A DNA stretch of 10,104 nucleotides from an uncultured Methanomicrobiaceae archaeon (GCA_963826525.1 CAWGXH010000012.1:1-10104); one strand, 5' to 3'; shown: positions 1 to 8,479, counted from the stretch's first letter. The notes: a model not told the origin generated them from the letters alone. Numbers and translations: made by a program.

Positions 1-62
1 TCTGTGTTTAGTATATTTGAGGCGAACCGTGAAAAAGGATACTTCGGATTGATGGAAATCAT
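1..62 (-). CDS. Possible 5' end of a downstream gene (MISINPKYPFSRFASNILNT...)
   Basis: ATG at 62 is open to the window edge, with a TATATA box at about 104-109 on the same strand. Too short to verify. Confidence 0.2.
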   Translation of the reverse strand, partial: MISINPKYPFSRFASNILNT

Positions 63-191
63 AGCGTCCGGCGGGTACTTCGGCGGCGGGATGGGGATAG
101 GGATATATACCGGGATGGGGGAACGGCCGGAGCGTTTCGTTTCCGTCCGGAGTATCCCGGCGCTCCCCTCTTTTGCGGAGAGTATGGGCCG

Positions 192-1537
192 TCAGCAGAG
201 CAGAAACTCCCTCATGACAAAAAGCACGCGTTCATCCTCGTTTAACTGCCGGGCAAGTTCCCATCTCGTCTCGTTATCCAGTCCGGATGTCCGGAGCCCC
301 ACCGTCTTCATCGTCCCGAGCGGAAGACCGTCTTCCACCAGCGTCCGGAAGTTCTCCTCCGGAGTGCGATCCGGGGATCTGACTGACGTCGATCGCCCAT
401 AGCGTATTACTCCCCGCCGCTTTTGGGTTCTCGAGGATGCTGACGAAGAATGCCTCCGTATCGTCGCAGACGTAGATGGTCGGATGGTTCAGGAGGTACT
501 CTCGGTATGCAGGGAACGCTTCGTTCGTCGCGTTGAGATAGATCCCGAAGTTAAGGGGTCTTGCGGGGTGGACTGCCGGACCCGGCGGCCGAAGGTACTC
601 TTCGACAACGGCAAGGATCTCTTCGTCGGGAGTATCGGCGTCAAAGGCCACGGAGATATGCCAGTCCGCGCTCTGCTGCCATGCTTCCAGTTCCTCCTCC
701 CGTGCAATCCTCTCCGATTCGGAGATCGTCGGTTGCGTCCGCGGCGGAGGCGCGGGAGACTCATCGGCGGTATCGAAGGAGTCGGCATAGAGCTGGCATC
801 CGCAGGTGCGAGAGGCTGCGAAAGATCGATGCCGTGCCGCTCTCCGAATGCGATTATCTCGCGCCACCGGCCGTCGATAGCAGTCCATGCCGCAACCCTC
901 GCCTCGATCTCGTCCCCGGTAAGGATTGTTCCGAGGTGGTCTACCACAGTGGCATTCTCTTCGACCTCATCTCTCTTTCGTTCACCATGGCACCGGATGC
1001 TGCATCGACGAGCAGGGAGAGTGCTCCGCCGTCTGCAGTCTCGATACGCACCAGAACGCCGGTCAGAGGAGGAGAGAAGCAGGGAAGGGCGGAGATCACG
1101 GTGCTGCCGGGATACCGCTGCTCCGCCACGGCGATCGCTTCGGGTATGCGCTCTCCGGGATTGAAGCAGGACGGCGTGACCTCGTAGTACATCACCGAGG
1201 AGCCCATAACCTTCCGTGCCGCAATCTTGAGTGCCCCGATCGCCGCACCGTCGCTCTCCACCGTGAAGTGGTAGAGAAAAGGCCGTCCCCCGGAGTCGTA
1301 GAAGAGCACCGGGCCGGGAGCGATCGTCGCGTTCCGCCAGGCCTCCCCCTCCGCCGTTCCGGGACCTGCGACGATGAACTCGACGAGCGAGGCTCTCGCG
1401 TGATCGGCCGCGGTCGTCTCCGGGACGAGATAGGGGTCGGCGGATCCTTCAGGCTGGGCAGAGTCTCCGAGGAGGATGCCACAGAGGACGGCGACGGCAA
1501 TGAGGGCGATTCCTGCGACGTACTTCCTTTCTATCAT
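192..1537 (-). CDS. Secreted/membrane-anchored protein, about 448 aa after repair: N-terminal signal/TM, prodomain-like region, Pro-rich linker, C-terminal UPF0228-like domain; split by 3 frameshifts
   Basis: Joins ORFs 941..1537, 489..947, 274..888 and an unlisted frame. It reads MIERKYVAGIALIAVAVLCGILL...GAMVNE/(~976)RDEVEENATVVDHLGTILTGDEIEARVAAW...PLAPADA/(~795)QLYADSFDTADESPAPPP...WAIDVSQIP/(~374)DRTPEENFRTLVEDGLPLGTMKTVGLRTSGLDNETRWELARQLNEDERVLFVMREFLLC*, with TGA at 192-194. The C-terminus aligns by eye with the 2233..2935 product. The UPF0228 call is from recalled family motifs. Confidence 0.8.
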
Positions 1538-2146
1538 AGTTTCACTCCGGCCGTGCAGATCAGTTCATGTCTCTCACCGTTTCCGCGGCACCGGAGGACG
1601 AGGGCGAGGAGCAGGACGCCGAGGAGCGGGAGGGCGGCGTAGACGTAGACCGTGCCGGCAAACTCGGAGAGCGACGGCGAGTGCACCCGGACGCTCTCCG
1701 GCAGGGGCGGTGCGAAGAAGAGGCCGTACGCCCAGAAGAGACCGACAAGGCTGACAAGTCCGGCCTCGATAGCCCCGAACCATGGAAGCGAACCCTGCCG
1801 GAGCGGGAATGCCATAAGCAGGACAAGGACGGCAGGAGCGAGAAGGACGGTCGCAAGCAGGCTGACGTCGGAGAACCGGTGCAGCGGCCCGAAGGCGGCG
1901 AGCAGCAGGAGGAGGGCTGCGAGGGGCATCGCTGTCCACCAGCGGCCGCCGTCCTCCCGCACGGTCACGGCAAAGAGCACCGCTCCGGCAAGGGAGACGA
2001 TGCAGAAGAGGAGGAGCAGCGGTGCGTAATCGCCGATCCGGTACGCGAACTGTCCTGCATGGGCAAGCCGGACGTATTCGCCGACCGCGGGCAGGGCGAT
2101 GAAGTGACGCCGCGATGAGGGCGAGCGGGGTTCCGTGCTTTAGCAT
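1534..2146 (-). CDS. Multi-pass membrane protein, about 203 aa; one frameshift near 2102
   Basis: ATG at 2146 with AGGAG upstream. MLKHGTPLALIAASL continues after a 1-nt removal as IALPAVGEYVRLAHAGQFAYRIGDYAPLLLLFCIVSLAGAVLFAVTVREDGGRWW..., which is the frame of ORF 1534..1980. About 6 hydrophobic segments. ATGA overlap with the next gene at 1534-1537. Confidence 0.75.
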
Positions 2147-2232
2147 CTTGGTTCGACTCCTATCTGATCAGCCGGAGCAGGGATTCCGGTTACTAACCAA
2201 TGGACGATAACAAAGTACATCGGTAGATCTCC

Positions 2233-2935
2233 TTAACAGATGTCTCCCTGCATGTATTCTTTCAAGGCGAAAAGCACCCGCTCATCGGCATTGAGTTCAC
2301 GGAGCAGTTCTTCCCGCTCCGCCGGAGCGAGTATCCGGTAGAGATAGAAGTTCACTACCTTTGCTTTCTTCAGCGGCACTCCCCGATCCAGCAGGTCCTG
2401 GAAGACCTGCGATCTGTTCGCAGCAGACGAGGGCTCCAGGTATACGGGACACGTGATATTGCCACAGCGTCCCTTCACGTATGGCGGGATAAATACGGTC
2501 GTCGACGGCGGAGAGAAATACATACTCCATGCCAGTTCATTTCCTTCGACTGCCCGGCGCAGGACACCGTACTGCAACGGCCGTATCTCTATGTAATGAC
2601 CGACATGGTCTGCAGGCCGGATATCCACCCTGACCGACTCCGGGACGCCATGGCTCCGGAGTATCCGGTCAATCTCGTCATCGGAGGTAAGCTTCATCGA
2701 CGAGTATACCTTCTGCCCAGGTCCCGATCAGGTCTGCTTTCCGATGCCATTCCTCGGTTGACGAGCAGGGCTTTCCTCCCGGCGTGGGGGGCGGTGTCGT
2801 CGCCTCCGGCGAGCAGCATACCGGTGTCCTCTCTACGGCAAGGTTCCCGGACCACACCAATGCACCGCCTCCTATGACGACGATGAGCGACAGCATTGCC
2901 AGCGTCCTGATCAGGTTGATGCGGCCTGCCTTCAT
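2233..2935 (-). CDS. UPF0228-like protein with N-terminal TM anchor, about 233 aa; one frameshift at 2689-2690
   Basis: ORF 2678..2935 (TM segment, TTPPPTP linker, ...GILVDEA) joins ORF 2233..2697 (TSDDEIDRIL...FQDLLDRGVPLKK...ELLRELNADERVLFALKEYMQGDIC) after removing one T. The motifs resemble methanogen UPF0228 proteins as I recall them and match the paralogous domain at about 192-680. Confidence 0.8.
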
Positions 2936-3258
2936 CCCGCCCCTCCCGCCTCCCCATCTTCATGGTTCAAGCGAAGGACGACGATCAGCCGGAAGAAGGC
3001 GTAGAAGACCGTGGCGAACATCGTCTGTATTCGGCCGTGAAACGAAAGGATGCCTGCAATGAGGGGAAACGGCGTGGCGGCTCCCGCAATTGCAAGGGTC
3101 AGGATCACGAGGAAGAGGGTGAGGAGCGCAAAGAGGGGTATGGGCCCCGGACTCCCGGCGGCGATGCTGGAGACACCTACCCAGACTGCCCATGCGACGA
3201 CCGCAACGAGCGGCGGTATTGCGAAGCGCAGCCAGCCGGGGATGATGCTCTGAAACAT
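2932..3258 (-). CDS. Small membrane protein, 108 aa, about 3 TM
   Basis: Hydrophobic part of ORF 2932..3405 starting at ATG 3258 (MFQSIIPGWLRF...). The upstream extension does not look coding. ATGA overlap at 2932-2935 with the UPF0228-like gene. Confidence 0.65.
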   Translation of the reverse strand: MFQSIIPGWLRFAIPPLVAVVAWAVWVGVSSIAAGSPGPIPLFALLTLFLVILTLAIAGAATPFPLIAGILSFHGRIQTMFATVFYAFFRLIVVLRLNHEDGEAGGAG

Positions 3259-3456
3259 GTACAATGAGGTCCTGCTGCCCTGTATATTCGGGAGCGGTCG
3301 ACTCCCGCGCTTCTTCCCGTATGTGGCAGCCTCACGGGAGCACGACAGGCAATAGATGCTTTTGCATGCGACGGCATTTAGTGCTATCCCGTTGTAATCG
3401 AGCAAAATAACTGAATCTGTCCAATGGAGAGTATTTTTCCAGAGGGACGATCGGAT

Positions 3457-3882
3457 TCACCGTTCCAGATCATACTTCGCATTCCGTGCAGACAGAGGCC
3501 AGGCGGCGACCCATACCAGCGTGGTGCCGAGAATGACTCCTGCCCAGTACACCAGGGGAGCATAGAGAGCTTTCGCCTCAGGAGCGTAGAGGCGGACAGG
3601 ATAGATCGCGAGCACGATACCGGCAACGAGGATGCAGGCGACGATGAGCCGCGTTCCGGGTTTCGACCTCCCCCTGCCCTGACCGCGATCTCCTCCCGGC
3701 AGGCGGTAGAGCGACATCAACACCGTGCCCGCAAGCAGCCCCGCGGCATAGAAGGCAGTCACGGTGTCGGCGGTCATGCCGGTCTCCAGTGCATAGACGT
3801 AGACAAACCCAATCGGAGAGGCGGCAGCAAGGATAAAGATGAGTCCGAACCATCTCTCTGCTTGTTCGGCGTTCACCCCCAT
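3457..3882 (-). CDS. 4-TM membrane protein, 141 aa
   Basis: ORF 3457..3906 with probable start ATG 3882 (MGVNAEQAERWFG...). Four hydrophobic segments with a Gly/Arg-rich middle loop. 10-nt overlap with the upstream gene. Confidence 0.75.
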   Translation of the reverse strand: MGVNAEQAERWFGLIFILAAASPIGFVYVYALETGMTADTVTAFYAAGLLAGTVLMSLYRLPGGDRGQGRGRSKPGTRLIVACILVAGIVLAIYPVRLYAPEAKALYAPLVYWAGVILGTTLVWVAAWPLSARNAKYDLER

Positions 3883-4438
3883 AGCAGCCCCTGACCAAAG
3901 AGCCACCTCGAGAAATACATCAGGAGAACTGCGCTCGTTGCAAGAGAGACGAATGCAGCCCGGTCTATCGACTTCTCGTGAAACGTCCGTATACCAAAGT
4001 AGGTGAGCAGGCAGAAGCAGACCAGGAGGAACAGGCTTACGAGAGCGTTCTCTGCAAGAACAGCCACCCAGAAGAGGAGGATCCCGGGCGACAGCGCATA
4101 GACCACCGACTTCATGGTTCTCTCAAACCCCCGGTGGCCGTCGACGAAGAGCAGGAAGAACTGCTCGACGAGACTGACCGCGAGGAGTAAGACGGCCCCG
4201 TCTATCAAGCTCCTTACGAGGCCGACGACCAGGGCTGCTACTGTCATCCCGATGAGATACAGCCCGGTGCTGCCGGACGGATAGACCGGTTCGGAGACCG
4301 TAAGGAGGGATGCAAGCGTGAAGAGGAGCGAACCAGCGATAACTATCGCGATAAAGAAGCGGAGATCGTCCCGCAGCGGCTTCTCTCCGACTGCTGAAAG
4401 GCTCGCCGAAGGTCGGTGAAAGTGGTTTGTATCGACAT
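3873..4438 (-). CDS. Yip1-family membrane protein, about 188 aa; frameshift near 4397-4399
   Basis: ATG at 4438 gives MSIQTTFTDLRRAF, and adding one T continues SAVGEKPLRDDLRFF. Motifs GFERTMKSVVYALSPGILLFW and GIRTFHEKSIDRAA resemble archaeal Yip1 domains. Confidence 0.75.
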
Positions 4439-4544
4439 CGTTATCTTCCCGAGATTGTGGGGACGGGAGCCGCCCTGACCGGCCTTGCGCTGGCGACGGC
4501 ATCAGCAACTGTCACTTTGCCGCAAAACCGTGCCGGGAAAGCCA

Positions 4545-4838
4545 TTACGGACGTCTCCTCTCCTCCAGCTGCTCCTGTATCGCACGGGTATCCCGCCCGA
4601 TAGACTCGGCCAGTTCCCTGATACCGGCAAGCTCTGCGGCGACCTGCTCGCCGGTGCTCCGGAGCTGCTCTGCCTGCCCCTCGACCCACGGGAGCACGCT
4701 CATAACGACGAAGGCACATGCGGCGAGTATGAGAGCGACGATCGCGAGCACCCACTGGTAGGTGATCAGGCCGTACAGGATGATGATAGCGGCCAGTACA
4801 AGGAGCAGAAGACCGGCGTTTCATGGGTGCAATTGCAT
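4545..4838 (-). CDS. Small 2-TM protein with C-terminal coiled coil, about 92-97 aa; disrupted near 4819-4824
   Basis: GAAGGAG then ATG at 4838 reads MQLHP*NAGLLLLVLAAIIILYGLITYQWVLAIVALILAACAFVVMSVLPW...EQLRSTGEQVAAELAGIRELAESIGRDTRAIQEQLEERRRP. The TGA is removed by a compensating indel pair. Alternatively the start is ATG 4824 with one extra A. Confidence 0.7.
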
Positions 4839-4961
4839 ACAATCTCTCCTTCACAAAAGCAGCCCGGGAAAGACTCCAGCCGCCGCGTCCCGGGGTGAGG
4901 GGCGTCAACGGGAATGAGCAGCACCTGCACTGCGTCCGTACGACTACTTCGCCACCCTGCC

Positions 4962-4976
4962 ATTTAAGTTTTCTCT
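4962..4976 (-). promoter_or_regulatory. Candidate archaeal BRE/TATA promoter
   Basis: Minus strand reads GAGAAAA-CTTAAAT, a purine run followed by a TATA-like box, in GC-rich intergenic DNA upstream of the 4838 gene and just downstream of a terminator-like element. Confidence 0.5.
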
Positions 4977-5007
4977 CCGATTCCTCTCCACATCCGCAGG
5001 CTGTTTC

Positions 5008-5069
5008 AAAAACTGAATGCCCCGAACTCTCTTCAGGGCATGAGGAGACGGGAGGGAGCCCGTTCCTCA
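5008..5069 (-). terminator. Tandem hairpins followed by a T-tract downstream of the propeller gene
   Basis: Minus strand: TGAGGAACGGG/CCCGT(C)TCCTCA stem (5041-5069), then TGCCCTGAA-GAGAG-TTCGGGGCA (5018-5040), then TTCAGTTTTT. Confidence 0.55.
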
Positions 5070-5093
5070 CAGCGGCGTGCCGTGCAGCATCAG

Positions 5094-6213
5094 TTACTTC
5101 CGGTACATCCCGAGCACCAGCCCTCCCCCGTCCGAGGTCGGGGTAACGCTCACGATCGTGCTGTACTCGGCGAGCGTATACGACTCCGCCCACAGAGGTG
5201 CTCCCTCCCCGTCCAGCCCCTCGATCCGGAGGAGAGCATGCCGGTACGTATTCTCTGGAAGCGAGGCGGCGAGGTAGCCGCCGTCCGCCGTCCAGGCGAT
5301 CGGAGCTGAGGCATCGAGTATGGTCTGGTCGAGCAGCGTGCCGTCCTCCCAAAGCCGGGTCTCCTCGACGCCGGTGACCGTTGCCTTTCGTGAACCCGGT
5401 GAGGATGCTGTAGCCTCCGTCCGGGTTCCGGCGCAGCGCTGACGGCATGTAGGTCGTAAACCTGCGAGCGCCGCCGCCGAGAGTTCTGTTCCAGACAGGC
5501 TCACCCGAACCGTCGAGCCGGACGAGCGTTATCGTGTTGTAGACGCCGAAGGACTGCCCGGCAACGAGGCAGCCGCCCCGAGCGTCTGCAGCGACGAGCG
5601 GCCGGGCATCAGGGTTCAGGTCGCCGAACCACCTCTGCCAGAGGATCCCGCCGTCGCCGTCGAGCGCGGCGATCGTGTTCCCGCCGGCGGCTATGAAACT
5701 GCCATTATCCGCCGGGGCGATCGACCAGACCGTGCCGCTCGCGTTCACCGCCGTCCGCCATGCTTCACCGCCGTCCTCGCCGGCACGGATGATGAGCCCG
5801 TCCGAGCAGGCGAGGACGAATCCCCGCCCGTCCTCCGCAATCCCGGTTCCCCGGCTGCCGGGCGGTGCCGGGTACGTCTTATCGAAGAGCAGCGATCCGG
5901 TGCTGTCGAGCAGGATCAGGCGCGGCACCGGGCGAAACTCCTGCAGATCCGAGACGGCACCGGCGATCGCATACCCGCCGCCCGAGGTCTCGACAACATC
6001 CCACGCTTCGTCGAACCGGCCCGTATCGATCGCCCGGAACCACTCCCGGTTCCCGACGGCATCGAGTTTCATCGCCCAGATATCGGCCTCGAAATCCCGG
6101 TGGCCGGGGGTGAGCGGTGCGCATCCGGGGATGATATCGCAGCAGCCGCTCGCGAGCAGCGCTGCCAGGAGGAGAACGGCGAGCGAGGCGTAGCGGCGGG
6201 AGGCTGTGCGCAT
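5094..6213 (-). CDS. Beta-propeller repeat lipoprotein, about 372 aa; frameshift near 5386-5388
   Basis: ATG at 6213, lipobox-like LLAALLASGC. Seven LDxxGxxxW-type repeats: KLDAVGNREW, LLDSTGSLLF, RAGEDGGEAW, ALDGDGGILW, RLDGSGEPVW, RLWEDGTLLD, GLDGEGAPLW. The last two lie in ORF 5094..5504, which is joined at ...ILTGFTK/ATVTGVEE. Confidence 0.82.
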
Positions 6214-6318
6214 TATGACCACGTCACATCGGAGAATGATAACTCGTCCGGTTTTCATTCGGCACGGAGAACGGGGAGACCGCCGTTCGATCGCTGCAGT
6301 ACACAATCAGGTATCGCC

Positions 6319-6693
6319 TCACGGCCACACCTTCTCAAGCGTGATCGTGGCGTTTGTTCCGGGCGGAACATAGGTGCCGATCTCCCGGATCTCGAGAGGG
6401 ATGCCCGGCGATTCCGGCGTTCCGCCATCCTCCGGGATAACTCCACGGAAATAGATCACCCTGCCATCGACCCGATAATCCTCGTCCAGGTTGACGGGAA
6501 CATACCGCGTTCCGTTCGCCGCCTGGATGACGTACGTCCCGTCGTCAAGGCGCGAGATCGTTCCGACACCCTCGACGGTCTCTCCCGTATCGGTGCAGCC
6601 ACCTGCGAGCAGCGCTGCTATGAGCATGAGAGTGACCGGGAGGAGGGGCAGAATGCTCCGCAGCATACCCATACCCTTGTTTTCCTTCGTCAT
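6319..6693 (-). CDS. Small lipoprotein, 124 aa, beta-rich (possibly OB-fold-like) domain
   Basis: Intact ORF with lipobox-like IAALLAGGC and a beta-strand pattern (GTISRLDDGTYVIQAANGTRYVPVNLDEDYRVDG). ATGA overlap with the upstream gene at 6690-6693. The start could be a later Met. Confidence 0.8.
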   Translation of the reverse strand: MTKENKGMGMLRSILPLLPVTLMLIAALLAGGCTDTGETVEGVGTISRLDDGTYVIQAANGTRYVPVNLDEDYRVDGRVIYFRGVIPEDGGTPESPGIPLEIREIGTYVPPGTNATITLEKVWP

Positions 6694-7232
6694 CTGGTTT
6701 GCCCGCCCCTAAGTTTCCGGAACGTAACCGTGGCCACGAGCATGCTACCGAAGATAAGCGCCGAGAGGAGCACCGTCTCCAGGTACAGGGCGACCGAGTT
6801 CACGATCAGAAATCCTGCATCGGATGAGGCAACGGAACCGAGCAGCCGGAGAAGAGGGGACTCCCCCCCGCCGCCGAATGCCATCGCAAACCCGTATAAG
6901 AGCCGCCCGGATACTGCAATGACGGAACCGAGGAGGAGGATTGGGTATCGGTACCGATCGGGGAAGTATCTCCCGGCGGGCATGAACGGTGTCAGCACGC
7001 CCATTACCAGGATGAGCACGGCGACCGGGAGCGAGAACGGGCTGACGACCGGTGCCAGAACGGAGAGAAACAGCCCGACCACAACGGGAGCAAGTCTGCC
7101 AACCACCGGCCGCACCTTTGTCAGGGCACGGTAGGTCAGAAGGGTGAGCGCCCCGATGCCGATAGCCGGCAGGAGAACTAGAAAAAGCCCCCCCAAAACG
7201 GCGACAATCAGAGAGGATATCGCTAACACCAT
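6690..7232 (-). CDS. Multi-pass membrane protein, 180 aa
   Basis: Intact, strongly hydrophobic ORF with about 5-6 TM segments and a basic C-terminal tail. It overlaps both neighbours. Confidence 0.8.
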   Translation of the reverse strand: MVLAISSLIVAVLGGLFLVLLPAIGIGALTLLTYRALTKVRPVVGRLAPVVVGLFLSVLAPVVSPFSLPVAVLILVMGVLTPFMPAGRYFPDRYRYPILLLGSVIAVSGRLLYGFAMAFGGGGESPLLRLLGSVASSDAGFLIVNSVALYLETVLLSALIFGSMLVATVTFRKLRGGQTR

Positions 7233-7498
7233 AATCGGGATACCGTCCTTATCGTCTCCTCCGGGATTGCCGGCACGCCATCCGGATTCGCCGGAATCGG
7301 AACCATGACCGTGGCGGTGCCGTTCGCGGTAAGGCCGCTCAAGCCGGTGATCGTAATAACGTAGGCGTTGCTTGGCAGCGTCGTTTCGACGAGCGCAGGG
7401 CCGAGCAGGAGCAGGAAGGCTCCGGCGATAACGATTGCCGCGATAACGAGCACCCCGAGTGCCGTCCTGCCGGTCTTCCGATCATCTCCGTCCATCAT
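7223..7498 (-). pseudogene. Truncated paralogue (91 aa) of the 7705..8404 membrane-anchored protein
   Basis: GGTGAG RBS, TM segment, then YVITITGLSG...TVMVPIPANPDGVPAIPEE, matching YVVSITGLSG...EFVVPVPAVRGSPVFSEE. Similarity stops there and the next gene starts immediately, so there is no room for the rest of the domain. Confidence 0.6.
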
Positions 7499-7540
7499 CT
7501 CACCAAAGAAGGGTTACTCTGTACCTGAACGTTCCGCCAC

Positions 7541-7554
7541 GTATAATATCTGTC
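7541..7554 (-). promoter_or_regulatory. Candidate TATA box
   Basis: Minus strand GACAGATATTATAC, about 45 nt upstream of ATG 7498, which has a GGTGAG RBS. Confidence 0.35.
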
Positions 7555-7617
7555 CGATTCCTCTCCACGTCCGCGGGTTGTTCCCGAAAAAGAGGGGATA
7601 CGTGCAGGGGAGAGAAT

Positions 7618-7700
7618 CTGTTTTTAGAGCGGCGGGAATGCCGCACCGGGAACAGCACTCCCACCGCCCAACAGTGCACACGGGACGAAAGCCGTACGCA
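7618..7700 (-). other. Structured 3' element: two tandem hairpins (9 bp and 18+5 bp stems)
   Basis: Directly after the stop at 7705 on the minus strand: TGCGTACGG/CCGTGTGCA, then GGGCGGTGGGAGTGCTGT-loop7-GCGGCATTCCCGCCGCTC, extendable by CTGTT/AACAG. All non-Watson-Crick pairs are G-U on this strand. A T5 tract follows at 7587-7591. Confidence 0.65.
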
Positions 7701-7704
7701 TTCA

Positions 7705-8404
7705 TCAGTTCCCGGAGATATTCTCTCCCAGAGGGCGGAAGCGCTCGGCGAAGCTGCTGCGATAGGAGAACTCCGGCTTTACCGGAATGATCCCGGTGGT
7801 TCCCGGCGGGATCTGCTTCATTAACGAAATACGATAATCGGGCTTTTTATCACCGAAATTCATGCTCCCGACGACGGTAAAGTTGATCCGAACCGTGATA
7901 GGGGCCGCATCGTTCGATACCGGCCGGAGGGAGTCGGGGACGATGATATACGGGAAGTTCTCCGAAGCGTTCTCGCTTGAGCGCGAAGCGGTCGGCACGT
8001 ACACGCCTTCCTGCAGCACCTCGGCCGAAGGGTCTTCTGAAAAGTCACGCGACATGACCGCGAAAGTATCCGTAAGATCCGTGCCCGAACTCCGTAACGC
8101 GAGCATGATCCCGCCGTCCGTCATCACCGGCACCGACGTCCAGTTGCCGGAGGGGCCAATCCCCTGCAGTTCCTCCTCTGAAAAGACCGGTGAACCGCGG
8201 ACGGCCGGTACGGGGACGACGAACTCGGTCACCGGATCTCCCTGGTAGCCGGACAGTCCGGTAATGGAGACGACATATGAGTAATGTCCCGATACTGTCG
8301 GAATCTGGTGAACGAGGATGTTTCCTCCGACGATCACGATAGCGAGTATCATGACCGGATATGCCGATAACTTTCGCGACGAATGAAAGAATTGATGAAG
8401 CCAT
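7705..8404 (-). CDS. Membrane-anchored extracellular protein (ITGLSG...VPVPA type), about 232 aa; frameshift near 8355-8358
   Basis: ATG at 8404 gives MASSILSFVAKVIGIS, which joins VMILAIVIVGGNILVHQ... (ORF 7705..8352) after a 1-nt removal and completes the TM anchor. Sequons NWT, NAS, NFT and NIS are present. Confidence 0.8.
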
Positions 8405-8479
8405 TTCTATTCACTTCCCGGGATCTGTCGCATAACGCAGCCAGCGAGATCCGTGATACGAAACATGGTCGGAGGAGCG

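Noticed and set aside
941-943. TAG as a pyrrolysine readthrough codon
   Set aside because: The protein-like continuation is in another frame, entered at about 976, upstream of this TAG.
4441-4545. 34-aa ORF MAFPARFCGK... overlapping the upstream stop (TAATG)
   Set aside because: It is short with no recognisable features and is likely a chance ORF in an intergenic gap, though not strictly excluded.
4821-4823. In-frame TGA as selenocysteine
   Set aside because: There is no redox motif, Methanomicrobiales are not known to use Sec, and an indel pair explains it in an indel-rich sequence.
4441-6306. 621-aa ORF as a single protein
   Set aside because: It is a chimera. Only 6213 to about 5388 is real propeller sequence. 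After the frameshift it runs out of frame through a terminator, a promoter and another gene.
7618-7674. Integron attC site
   Set aside because: GCCCAAC matches RYYYAAC, but the stem is bounded GTT...AAC rather than AAC...GTT. Other gaps lack R boxes and no integrase is in the window.
7514-7705. 63-aa Cys-rich ORF with CxxC-like motifs
   Set aside because: It runs across the hairpin element and a promoter-like region, which explain the sequence better.
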